From Ktedonobacteraceae bacterium (lineage in GTDB: Bacteria; Chloroflexota; Ktedonobacteria; Ktedonobacterales; Ktedonobacteraceae), in NCBI GenBank assembly GCA_036768655.1, contig DAIPMP010000001.1:1-32001 (forward strand): a DNA stretch of 32,001 nt, read 5' to 3'. Positions 1 through 7,643 of this stretch are shown in pieces; position 1 is the stretch's first letter; each line of letters begins with the position of its first letter. A model generated the notes under the pieces. The model saw only the letters and a list, made by a program, of their open reading frames with translations. It did no database searches and was not told where the DNA came from. The translations under genes were made by a program, and so were the position numbers.

Positions 1-72
1 GCAAGGAATTACCTGGAATCCACAAGAGAAGCCAGGATAGTCTCTGGTCTCTAGCATTATAGTGCAAGCGAC

Positions 73-1059
73 TCAGTAATGTCCACTTCCTGGCACATTC
101 CTCTTACGTTCATGCGAGGGGATCTTAACAAAGATCAGCATCAAAGCCGCGATAGCTGGCGTAATCCCTACAATAAGCAGTACGACTCCCCATCCCATCT
201 GTCCCAGCAGCGTGAGCGGCCCTCGTGGGCTATCCGATCCCAAAGGAACTGTCTTCAGAGGTGTACTTGTCGAAGTAATTACCGGTGTGGCTTGAGAAGT
301 TGGCGAAGGTACAACAGTAGGCGATATTACTACGGTTGGGCTAGCTGTGGGAGTAGGCGAAGAACTAACTATGAGCACTTGTGCCTGTGCGCGCAGCGCT
401 CCGCTAGCAACATCTTTGGCATTGACACTCGCTTGAGAAACACTCAAATTCGCTGGGAGGTGAAAAGCTCCAGTAATCATGCCATTTTTGTCTGAGATAG
501 GCGAGGTATCGAGCAAAGGCAAGGAGGACGTACCGACGAGCAACGTCAGATGTATCGTTGTTCCTCCCGGCAACCAGTTATTGCCGGAAAAGGCGATCAC
601 GTCACCGCTGACCCCTTTGCCAGGATTGATAGTCAAATTGGGAGAGCCTGCAACCGACTCCCCTGGAGCTGCGAGCACAAGGTAATGCACTGGCCAGATA
701 GCGCCAGCGCTATCGGTGACAACAATTTTCCAGACACCTGCAGGCCCACTGCTGGGCAGCAGAATATTTGACGTGAGAAACGTACCATCCGCCTGCACAT
801 GTACCAGGCTGTCTCCTGGCGGTGCAAATGATCCCGGCACCCCCTGGGCATCAATATAGCTCAGACCCGCTAAACCTGGGCGTACATTCCTGCCTCGTAA
901 ACTCAATGTCACACCTAGCGGCCCTTGCTGAAGATTAAGAGAGAGTTGCGGCTTTTGATCTCCAAAAGCGAACGATGGCGTTGGTGATAGCAATACACAG
1001 AAAATAAGATAGGTTCCAAACAGCATAGCCCCGAGCAGCAATGTAGCCCTATGTAACAT
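73..1059 (-). CDS. Cell-surface/secreted protein of unknown function (hydrophobic N-terminus, beta-rich repeats, Pro/Thr/Ser linker, C-terminal TM anchor)
   Basis: 328-aa ORF with ATG at 1057-1059 and AGGAA about 9 nt upstream. The N-terminus is hydrophobic (LLLGAMLFGTYLIFCVLL...AFG). A PT/S-rich linker follows (SSSPTPTASPTVVISPTVVPSPTS). The C-terminal hydrophobic helix WGVVLLIVGITPAIAALMLIF is followed by a basic tail. I recognise no family. Confidence 0.6.
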   Translation of the reverse strand: MLHRATLLLGAMLFGTYLIFCVLLSPTPSFAFGDQKPQLSLNLQQGPLGVTLSLRGRNVRPGLAGLSYIDAQGVPGSFAPPGDSLVHVQADGTFLTSNILLPSSGPAGVWKIVVTDSAGAIWPVHYLVLAAPGESVAGSPNLTINPGKGVSGDVIAFSGNNWLPGGTTIHLTLLVGTSSLPLLDTSPISDKNGMITGAFHLPANLSVSQASVNAKDVASGALRAQAQVLIVSSSPTPTASPTVVISPTVVPSPTSQATPVITSTSTPLKTVPLGSDSPRGPLTLLGQMGWGVVLLIVGITPAIAALMLIFVKIPSHERKRNVPGSGHY

Positions 1060-1192
1060 CTAAGCAGTTCCTGTCACTGTACGTCAAGTCAAAAGCGGTA
1101 GGTCTGAGACACAATTTCACTTATTTCAACCTGCCTCATTAGAAATGAACGTATTCACAAGAAGAGTTTGCTTTATTACATACAACGGAAGG

Positions 1193-1906
1193 CTAACGGA
1201 ATGGATCGATGCCGTCCCACATCCCCCAGGAATCTATCGGTTTGAAACGCGCAAAAAGCTCCTCTCGATACCATTGTTCTCGACGAGTACGCCGTATGAC
1301 ATCGCTATGTGAGGCAGGTCCATAGGCAAAAGAAGTGACAGCGGGTAAGTTACGCCAGATGCTAATAGTTGCTTGATAAAGCAGAGGTGCCTCACCAACT
1401 CCGACCGAATTGATGAATTCAGCTTGTTGCAGCAGTTGCTGAGAGACTGCTGGCACCGCCTTGAGAAAAGCGGATACCTTCGAAGGGCGGATGGATGCAC
1501 GCGTCAGTATCACCCAGGGTCCCGGTTCAGATGGTGAGGCAGGAGAGACGCCTTCAAACGGATCCCGTCCGCCCCATCGACCATGCCAACGCACAGGGAG
1601 CAGATGGACCGTCCATACTTCGTCAGCGCGGTCGCGCATACTTCTCATTACCCTGGAAGAGTTTTCAAACTGCTTAAGAGAGACAGAAGAATCCCAAACA
1701 GTGAAGAGCGCCGTGCGCTGTAAATCAGCACGCGGATCAAACACGCGTCCTTTACCCACACCAAATAGGCGCCAGAAGCGAAGTCCAGAGGTATGTGCAA
1801 GCGGCCAGCGATCCATACCCAGGTGTGCCATTGCCGCTAAACTGCCTGCTTTAGGATAATGTGCCAATGTAAAGGCTGCTATAGGGAAGTTATCCGGCAC
1901 TCGCAT
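1193..1906 (-). CDS. CrtA-like protein (spheroidene monooxygenase-like family), function here unknown
   Basis: 237-aa ORF with ATG at 1904-1906. Its two-half architecture and motif pattern match my recollection of CrtA-family proteins (GLRFWRLFGVG.G..F, ALFTVWDS, EVWTVHLLPVRWHGRWGG, VGVGEAP...ATISIW, WYREELFARF). The family call is from memory, not from a search. Confidence 0.55.
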   Translation of the reverse strand: MRVPDNFPIAAFTLAHYPKAGSLAAMAHLGMDRWPLAHTSGLRFWRLFGVGKGRVFDPRADLQRTALFTVWDSSVSLKQFENSSRVMRSMRDRADEVWTVHLLPVRWHGRWGGRDPFEGVSPASPSEPGPWVILTRASIRPSKVSAFLKAVPAVSQQLLQQAEFINSVGVGEAPLLYQATISIWRNLPAVTSFAYGPASHSDVIRRTRREQWYREELFARFKPIDSWGMWDGIDPFR

Positions 1907-1925
1907 CTCTCTTCTTCAAGCAATC

Positions 1926-2069
1926 TCATTTAAGGTTCGCAAAAATCTCTTTAGGCCTATTATTTACGCGCAATATGACATCAGAAATACGCAAATGGGA
2001 TTCTTCATTGCCATGTTGTAGAAAATAGTCAAGGGGATCCTGGGCAACACAAATAGCACGATATGCCAT
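1926..2069 (-). CDS. Candidate small protein, 47 aa (MAYRAICVAQDPLDYFLQHGNEESHLRISDVILRVNNRPKEIFANLK)
   Basis: This ORF falls below the length cut-off of the supplied ORF track. ATG is at 2067-2069, preceded on the minus strand by GAGGAG with an 8-nt spacer. TGA is at 1926-1928, 19 nt upstream of the CrtA-like start. A near-consensus promoter lies upstream (2107-2135). I recognise no homology. Confidence 0.4.
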   Translation of the reverse strand: MAYRAICVAQDPLDYFLQHGNEESHLRISDVILRVNNRPKEIFANLK

Positions 2070-2106
2070 CTATTCAACTCCTCTATGTTTCGGATGATTA
2101 ACTTTA

Positions 2107-2135
2107 ATTATGCATCGTTTAGTTTTTCTTTGCAA
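2107..2135 (-). promoter_or_regulatory. Putative sigma-70-type promoter for the small ORF / CrtA-like gene
   Basis: Read on the minus strand: TTGCAA (2135-2130), a 17-nt spacer, then CATAAT (2112-2107). It lies about 38 nt upstream of the ATG at 2069. Confidence 0.35.
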
Positions 2136-2179
2136 CTGACAACCTTCCTCTCTTCCCGCTGCATTCTCGCTCTCATTAT

Positions 2180-2208
2180 TTGACATCGTCTCAATAATGT
2201 GATAAAAT
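2180..2208 (+). promoter_or_regulatory. Putative sigma-70-type promoter for the Pol X N-terminal-like gene
   Basis: TTGACA (2180-2185), a 17-nt spacer, then TAAAAT (2203-2208). It lies about 125 nt upstream of the ATG at 2333. Confidence 0.4.
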
Positions 2209-2332
2209 TAGAACAAGAATTCAATGTACTTTTTACACTAAGTCTATGGTTTCGTACGGTCTCATGTATTATATTCACTTATAGCAAAGTTAGAGGACTT
2301 ACCCGTTAAGGAAAGATAGGAGCGAGCCAAAT

Positions 2333-2947
2333 ATGAGTATTATGCAGCTCACCCAAACTATTCACATTCTTCCTACCACTCCCGGTTCACTGAACAAGCA
2401 TACAAAGCAACCTATGCTGCCAGGTCTGGAGCTAGAACACGATAAAACACCCGTAGTGACGAACCGCCAGATTGCCGAGGTTCTTTCCGGTATCGCTAAC
2501 TTATTGGAAAACCAGAATAGCAATCCTTATCGCATTCAGGCGTACCGCAATGCAGCGCGCGGCGTGCTTGATCTCAATGAATCGGCGGCGGAAATTCTTG
2601 CGCGTAGCGAAGAACTACCGGTTCCAGGATTAGGTCATCGATTACGAGCACGCATTAAAGAGCTGGTAGAAACGGGAACAATGACATTCTACAACGACCT
2701 TTCCATGTCGCTCCTACCACCTGAGGTTCGTCGATTAATGGCCGTAGAACATGTTGGCCCTCGTACAGCTATCAGACTCTATGAAGAACTGAACATTGAT
2801 ACACCAGAGAAGCTGTGGTGGGCAGCCCAACATCATCGAATTCGTAACTTGCCTGGTTTCGGTATGAGGAGCGAGTTACGGCTGCAGGAGGCGGCCGCAC
2901 AAATGCGCAAGCACAGTACCGCCACTCCTCTTGATGGGGCAGCCTGA
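2333..2947 (+). CDS. Stand-alone helix-hairpin-helix protein resembling the N-terminal 8-kDa plus fingers region of family X DNA polymerases (no palm, thumb or PHP domains)
   Basis: 204-aa ORF with GGAG 10 nt upstream. NRQIAEVLSGIANLLENQNSNPYRIQAYRNAARGV matches the Pol X 8-kDa domain consensus. HhH-like elements follow: PVPGLGHRLRARIKELVETG, VEHVGPRTAIRLYEEL and LPGFGMRSELRL. The ORF stops where a palm domain would begin and is followed by a strong terminator. Confidence 0.65.
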   Translation: MSIMQLTQTIHILPTTPGSLNKHTKQPMLPGLELEHDKTPVVTNRQIAEVLSGIANLLENQNSNPYRIQAYRNAARGVLDLNESAAEILARSEELPVPGLGHRLRARIKELVETGTMTFYNDLSMSLLPPEVRRLMAVEHVGPRTAIRLYEELNIDTPEKLWWAAQHHRIRNLPGFGMRSELRLQEAAAQMRKHSTATPLDGAA

Positions 2948-2974
2948 GCTACGTTCAGCAAATATCAGTCAACG

Positions 2975-3005
2975 ATAGAGAGACTGCTTGTCTCTCTATT
3001 TTTTT
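2975..3005 (+). terminator. Rho-independent terminator
   Basis: A 10-bp perfect stem pairs atagagagac (2975-2984) with gtctctctat (2990-2999) around a 5-nt loop, followed by T6 (3000-3005). It starts 28 nt after the stop codon. Confidence 0.8.
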
Positions 3006-3147
3006 GCCTGTAGTGCTCCAGTGATAAAACTGACGTGCCACATATCACCTTGGAGGTGGATATGGTAGAATTGATTAGTGAAAGTTCGTCGAAGCCGACG
3101 AGATGTTCAATGAAGACCTATCGTTTTTCCCAGTCAGGAGGCTATCT

Positions 3148-4506
3148 ATGTCCAAAAGTATTTCTCACCTTAACATTCCCGGAGCAAAATCGCGTGATTT
3201 GATGGCACGTCGCCAGAAATTCGTAGCACGCGGTGTTTCGTCCACTATGAACGTATTTGCTGCAAAAGCTGATGGAGCTATTATCGAAGATGTAGATGGT
3301 AATCGCTATATCGACTTTGCTGGCGGTATTGGAGCCATGAATATCGGCCACGCTCGCCCAGAAGTAACGAAAGCTATTGCAGAGCAGGCCGCCAATTTCA
3401 CGCATACCTGTTTCAGCGTGATGATGTACGAATCATATGTTGCACTTGCCGAACGAATCGTGAAACTGGCCCCTGGCGATTTCGCCAAGAAGGCTATCTT
3501 CTTCAACAGCGGTGCAGAGGCCGTTGAAAATGCCGTCAAGATCGCACGTTACTCCACCGGGCGCCCCGCCATTATCGCATTCGATAATGGCTATCATGGC
3601 CGCACCTTGATGACTATGACCATGACTGCTAAAGTCAATCCCTACAAATACCGCTTTGGACCCTATGCGACGGAAGTCTATCGTGCGCCATTCCCCTACC
3701 CTTATCGCATGAATATGTCGCCGCAGGATGCCTCCGCTTACTGTATTGAGGAGCTTGAGCGCATGTTTATTGGTGAAGTAGCACCAGACCAGGTAGCGGC
3801 CATCGTCATTGAACCTGTTCAGGGTGAGGGTGGTTTCATGGTTGCACCTCCGGGCTTCTTGAAAGCACTCAAGGCGATCTGTGATAAACACGGCATCCTT
3901 TTCGTTGCAGACGAGATCCAATCTGGCTTCTGCCGCACTGGACAAATGTTTGCGGTCGAGCATGACCAGGTAGCTCCCGACATCATGATTGTTGCCAAAT
4001 CAATGGGCGCTGGTATGCCTATTAGCGGTGTCGTTGGACGTGCCGATATTATGGACGCTCCTCCTCCCGGAACACTTGGCGGAACGTATAGCGGGAACCC
4101 AGTTGCCTGCGCCGCAGCGTTAGCAGTTCTCGATCTGTATGAAAAAGAAGATTTTGCCGCCCGCTCGCGTGAAGTCGGGCGAACTGTCACTGAACGCTTT
4201 CTGAAACTTCAAGAGAAGTACCCACTGGTTGGCGATGTACGCGGTCTAGGGGGGATGGTTGCGATGGAACTGGTGAAGGACCGTAAGACGAAAGAGCCGG
4301 ACTCTCACACTGCTAGCGATATCTTAGCGGCAGCCCATCAACGCGGACTGGTACTCATCAAGGCAGGTATGTACGATAACGTGTTGCGTGTCCTCGTACC
4401 ACTCTGCGTGACTGACGAGCAATTGCAGCAAGGCCTGGCTATCTTTGAGGATGCTTTTACCTCCGTTGCCGAAGCAGCCATGGCTACAACGACTTCTGTA
4501 GGTTGA
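3148..4506 (+). CDS. gabT: 4-aminobutyrate aminotransferase / class III PLP-dependent aminotransferase
   Basis: Class III motifs are present: DEIQSGFCRTG, the Lys region IMIVAKSMGAG, and GGTYSGNP. I prefer ATG at 3148, with AGGAGG 7 nt upstream, over the ORF-track ATG at 3103. Confidence 0.85.
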   Translation: MSKSISHLNIPGAKSRDLMARRQKFVARGVSSTMNVFAAKADGAIIEDVDGNRYIDFAGGIGAMNIGHARPEVTKAIAEQAANFTHTCFSVMMYESYVALAERIVKLAPGDFAKKAIFFNSGAEAVENAVKIARYSTGRPAIIAFDNGYHGRTLMTMTMTAKVNPYKYRFGPYATEVYRAPFPYPYRMNMSPQDASAYCIEELERMFIGEVAPDQVAAIVIEPVQGEGGFMVAPPGFLKALKAICDKHGILFVADEIQSGFCRTGQMFAVEHDQVAPDIMIVAKSMGAGMPISGVVGRADIMDAPPPGTLGGTYSGNPVACAAALAVLDLYEKEDFAARSREVGRTVTERFLKLQEKYPLVGDVRGLGGMVAMELVKDRKTKEPDSHTASDILAAAHQRGLVLIKAGMYDNVLRVLVPLCVTDEQLQQGLAIFEDAFTSVAEAAMATTTSVG

Positions 4507-4509
4507 GTA

Positions 4510-4555
4510 TTTTTACTGTGGAGGCAGCCCGGAAAGCGTGCCTCCATAGTAAAAA
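4510..4555. terminator. Bidirectional terminator between convergent genes
   Basis: A 17-bp stem (16 Watson-Crick pairs plus one G-T) pairs 4510-4526 with 4539-4555 around a 12-nt loop. The T5 and A5 ends give a U-tract on both strands. It sits between the gabT stop (4506) and the class IV aminotransferase stop (4561). Confidence 0.7.
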
Positions 4556-4560
4556 GAACC

Positions 4561-5403
4561 TCAAAAAGCGCCCTGCTCTACCATTTCAATAAAGCGCTGT
4601 TCAAGTTCATAGGTTCGCGGACCAGGCAGCCCCTTACCAATCTTCATGTCATCGATTTGCACAACAGGCATTATTTCTTTGGATGATGATGTGATGAATG
4701 CCTCATCGGCCAGAGCTAATTCGTTCAACTCTATCGGCCGCTCTTCAATAGGAAAGCGCTCCATTGCCAGGTCGAGCACAGTATTGCGCGTGATGCCCAT
4801 CAGTACGCCTGATGCGGGGGTTACGAGTGTATTCCCTCGAAAAATGAAAAAGTTACTGCGCGTAGCCTCGAGTACATGACCGCGTTCGTTGACGAAAAGT
4901 GCATCAGTAGCATTTCTTCGTGTTGCCTCTTTCAAAGCTCGTATAGCTACAAGATAATTGGTAGTCTTCGCCTCGGGTTCCGTGCGCTGTAATCTTGTAG
5001 TTATGAGTTTATATCCCTGGGCAAAACGCTCCATGTCCCGTTCTCCCAGCGCCGTAATGAGCACGGCAAGCGTTGGATTTCCTATGGGAAGAATACTATC
5101 CTCGCTCTCACCTCCTGTAACCAGAATACGAATTGCCGCGTGCTTGTATCTATTTCGCTCAATCACTTCGCGAATAATAGCTGCGAGAGCCTCACGCGAC
5201 CAGGGCACCTCAAGTTCAATCAGCGCAGCTGAGTGATAGAGGCGTGTTAGATGCTCATCCAGATGAAATGGACGGCGATTATAGGTGCGTAAGGCCTCAA
5301 ACGCGCTATAGCCACGCAAAACCGCGACATCATTGATCGATAGCGTAGCTTCATGAGGATGTACCCACTCTTCACCAACATACCATAATGCCTGCTTATC
5401 CAT
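4561..5403 (-). CDS. Class IV PLP-dependent aminotransferase (branched-chain / D-amino-acid aminotransferase family)
   Basis: 280-aa ORF with AAGGAG 9 nt upstream of the ATG at 5403. Fold-type IV pattern: RGYSAFEALR, catalytic Lys context EPEAKTTNYL, and GVLMGITR. Confidence 0.8.
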   Translation of the reverse strand: MDKQALWYVGEEWVHPHEATLSINDVAVLRGYSAFEALRTYNRRPFHLDEHLTRLYHSAALIELEVPWSREALAAIIREVIERNRYKHAAIRILVTGGESEDSILPIGNPTLAVLITALGERDMERFAQGYKLITTRLQRTEPEAKTTNYLVAIRALKEATRRNATDALFVNERGHVLEATRSNFFIFRGNTLVTPASGVLMGITRNTVLDLAMERFPIEERPIELNELALADEAFITSSSKEIMPVVQIDDMKIGKGLPGPRTYELEQRFIEMVEQGAF

Positions 5404-5486
5404 GGAAGATTGCTCCTTACTGCTAGGGTTCGTACCTACTTCTTACTTCCGCTATCATACTGCGTTTTACCTGAGCGTTTCAATGA

Positions 5487-5545
5487 ATAATGCATAGCTG
5501 CGACTTCGGTTGAGTTCTCTCACCGAAGTCGCAGCTATGCATTAT
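5487..5545 (-). terminator. Long perfect hairpin downstream of the RIO kinase gene (putative terminator or RNA-stability element, no U-tract)
   Basis: A 24-bp perfect stem pairs 5487-5510 with 5522-5545 around an 11-nt loop. It lies 48 nt downstream of the stop at 5594. Confidence 0.45.
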
Positions 5546-5593
5546 ATTATTTCCTCATTGGTGCAAATCAATAGGTTTTTCTGCATCAATAAG

Positions 5594-6604
5594 CTAGAGC
5601 ACACCCTGAAAGCGCAACCATATCTCATTGGCAAGTTCCTGCGCGTCAGCCGCTACGCCGTAGTCAGCGAAGTAGCTGCAAACACGCTCGATGTCGCGAA
5701 GCAGTAGCGAGAATATATCAGGGTTATAACGTGGATCGACAGCCTGAGCAAAGTCGATCATCGTAACTTCCCCTTGCCAATAGAGAATGTTATACTCCGA
5801 CAGGTCGCCGTGAATGCGGTTGTGAGCAAGGCTCAGCTCCACATTGCGTAGGATGCATTCAAAGAGTGGTTGTGCCTCCGCCCTTTCCAATGTCACCTCT
5901 CGCAAGGTCAAAGCTGGCTGACCAACATCACCTATGTACTCCATCAATACCGCGTTGCCAATCTGCGCCACGGGTTTGGGTACATCAGCTCCGTTGTCGT
6001 AGAGCAAACTCTGGGTCTGAAACTCGTACTCGATCCAGGAGTTGACCCGTGCCGCTCGTCCCCGCTCACTACTTTTGCCGGTGCTATGGTGTCGGCCCCC
6101 ACCGCGCACTACTCTTCCGTCTCTATCGTACTGGATCCGACTTTGACGATAAATCGCGTCGTTCTTCAAACTGCGGAACATGCGAGGTCGATAGACCTTC
6201 GCCGCCAGGTAATCGATCCCTGTGCTGGAGTCGGCAGCACAACAGTAGACTGTCGCTTCTTTCCCGCTCTTGACGACATGTAACACATCCGTAATCAGAT
6301 CTTGATCGTAGAACTGCGCAAGTGAAGAAACGATCCAGGGAGCGTCACGCAGTGACGCGAGAAATGTCGGATTGAACTCCGGCTTAACGCCACCATCCTC
6401 AAGTGCTTGCTCCTTGAGCCAACGCTGAACATCGGCATTACTCTCATAGCTGGCCTTCTTCTTTGGCTTGTGCAAAGCAGTTGAGCCAAGCGCCAGGCGC
6501 GTTTTTTCGTCAAATGTTTCCGCGTCATCCGGGTCATATTCAGTATGTATATCCAAAATGTACCGTTCCTTTCGCCAGGAAGCGTAACAGGTCAGTAAGA
6601 CCAT
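5594..6604 (-). CDS. RIO-type atypical serine protein kinase
   Basis: RIO domain signatures are present: VVKSGKEATVYCC, AAKVYRP, FRSLKNDAIY, catalytic HGDLSEYNIL, and metal-binding MIDFAQAV. The start is uncertain. Candidates are GTG 6628 (ORF track, no SD), ATG 6604 (GGTGA just upstream) and TTG 6556 (AAGGA 10 nt upstream). Confidence 0.75.
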   Translation of the reverse strand: MVLLTCYASWRKERYILDIHTEYDPDDAETFDEKTRLALGSTALHKPKKKASYESNADVQRWLKEQALEDGGVKPEFNPTFLASLRDAPWIVSSLAQFYDQDLITDVLHVVKSGKEATVYCCAADSSTGIDYLAAKVYRPRMFRSLKNDAIYRQSRIQYDRDGRVVRGGGRHHSTGKSSERGRAARVNSWIEYEFQTQSLLYDNGADVPKPVAQIGNAVLMEYIGDVGQPALTLREVTLERAEAQPLFECILRNVELSLAHNRIHGDLSEYNILYWQGEVTMIDFAQAVDPRYNPDIFSLLLRDIERVCSYFADYGVAADAQELANEIWLRFQGVL

Positions 6605-7283
6605 CCATTTTTCACCGTTCCACACCACTCAGGTGGGTTTTGTAAGCGTGAGGAGTACAGGTTTTCCGTGGCTGACAGCATGAAAAGAGCGGTTCCAGGC
6701 ACTTTGCACGTATGATCTCCGAAAACCAGGCACACAGGCAAATTTTCCCCATTGTGCATTGCTTAAAGAGGACACGAAGCAGCCACGAGACAGAGCGTGC
6801 ACAATGGCCGGTAGCGTGCAATAGGAGAAATGACGGGAAAATCAAATTGACTCACAGCAATCAGGATCACTGAGATTACGCCACGTAACGCTGGCATGTG
6901 AACGTATAGTATTCCTGCAGTGGCAAACCAATTCAGTTCTACTGGACCGAGGGCACACTCAGAAAGGCTTTTCCTCGCTGGTTGTGTTAATGGAGGAAAA
7001 GACGGTTGTGGTTGTCATAGATGTGTATACCTCCTCTGGTTTTAAACTTCGTAATGAGGGTACCATAATCAACTGAAGAAAGCAAGGAAAAAATGGCAGA
7101 AGCATATCTTCCAACTTATTATGTTCCGTATCCGTATATGTATTGTAGTCAAAATGAGAAACGCTAGGGCTACACCACAACTTCATATGCCACGTCGACT
7201 ATCTTTCAGGTTCGTGAAAAGAAGGTGATAGCGTGGCTCGTAGTTCATAAGCGGAATACAGAGCAAATAGGAGAAGGATAATT

Positions 7284-7616
7284 ATGTCACAGACAGATCC
7301 AAACACAGAACAGAAACAAGGGTTCCAGGATGACCTGCAGATTATGGGCGAGCAACTGCTTTCGAAAGTGAAAGAGTTGGTTCATGAGGGCAATGTACGG
7401 CGCATCATCATTAAACAAGATGGCCACACCATTGTGGAGTTACCATTAAATGTGGGACTCGTGGGTGTTGCCCTGGCTCCAGCACTCGCAGCAATTGGTG
7501 CTATTGGCGCGTTGATCGCGCAGTGCTCGATCGAGGTCGTACGTTCAGATCGCCCCTCTGAAGCCATGAAAAGCTCAGTTGAGGAAATTATACACGACGA
7601 GCCATCAGGTCTCTAA
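7284..7616 (+). CDS. Small DUF4342-like protein
   Basis: 110-aa ORF with AGGAGAAGGA upstream of the ATG at 7284. The core GNVRRIIIKQDGHTIVELPLNVGLVGVALAPALAAIGAI matches my memory of DUF4342. The family call is from recollection only. Confidence 0.6.
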   Translation: MSQTDPNTEQKQGFQDDLQIMGEQLLSKVKELVHEGNVRRIIIKQDGHTIVELPLNVGLVGVALAPALAAIGAIGALIAQCSIEVVRSDRPSEAMKSSVEEIIHDEPSGL

Positions 7617-7643
7617 CTCAGTCTCTTCACATTGAGTATACTT

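Noticed and set aside
3433-3963. A long antisense ORF (176 aa) inside gabT. Similar shadow ORFs occur elsewhere, for example 79-495, 1461-1859, 5870-6283, 8001-9620, 11013-11604, 12098-12424, 18799-19104, 20381-20839, 22635-23183, 25117-25638, 27051-27410 and 28880-29146.
   Set aside because: Each lies entirely opposite a gene with strong family motifs. They have low-complexity or Arg/Ser/Cys-rich translations and no SD. These are typical shadow ORFs of roughly 50% GC coding DNA.
6992-7005. ggaggaaaagacgg, which resembles the GGAGGAAAGUCCGG core of RNase P RNA. I also looked in the 6629-7283 gap for tmRNA, SRP RNA and tRNA signatures.
   Set aside because: The match breaks after 9 nt. None of the other conserved RNase P, tmRNA or SRP blocks, and no T-loop (GTTCGAATC-like) sequence, is present in the gap.
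6612-7186. The track ORFs 6612-6845 (77 aa) and 6959-7186 (75 aa), considered as real genes.
   Set aside because: Their translations are Cys/Phe/Leu-rich and odd, and neither has an SD at the annotated start or any family resemblance. Only the short SD-preceded sub-ORFs are kept, as low-confidence observations.
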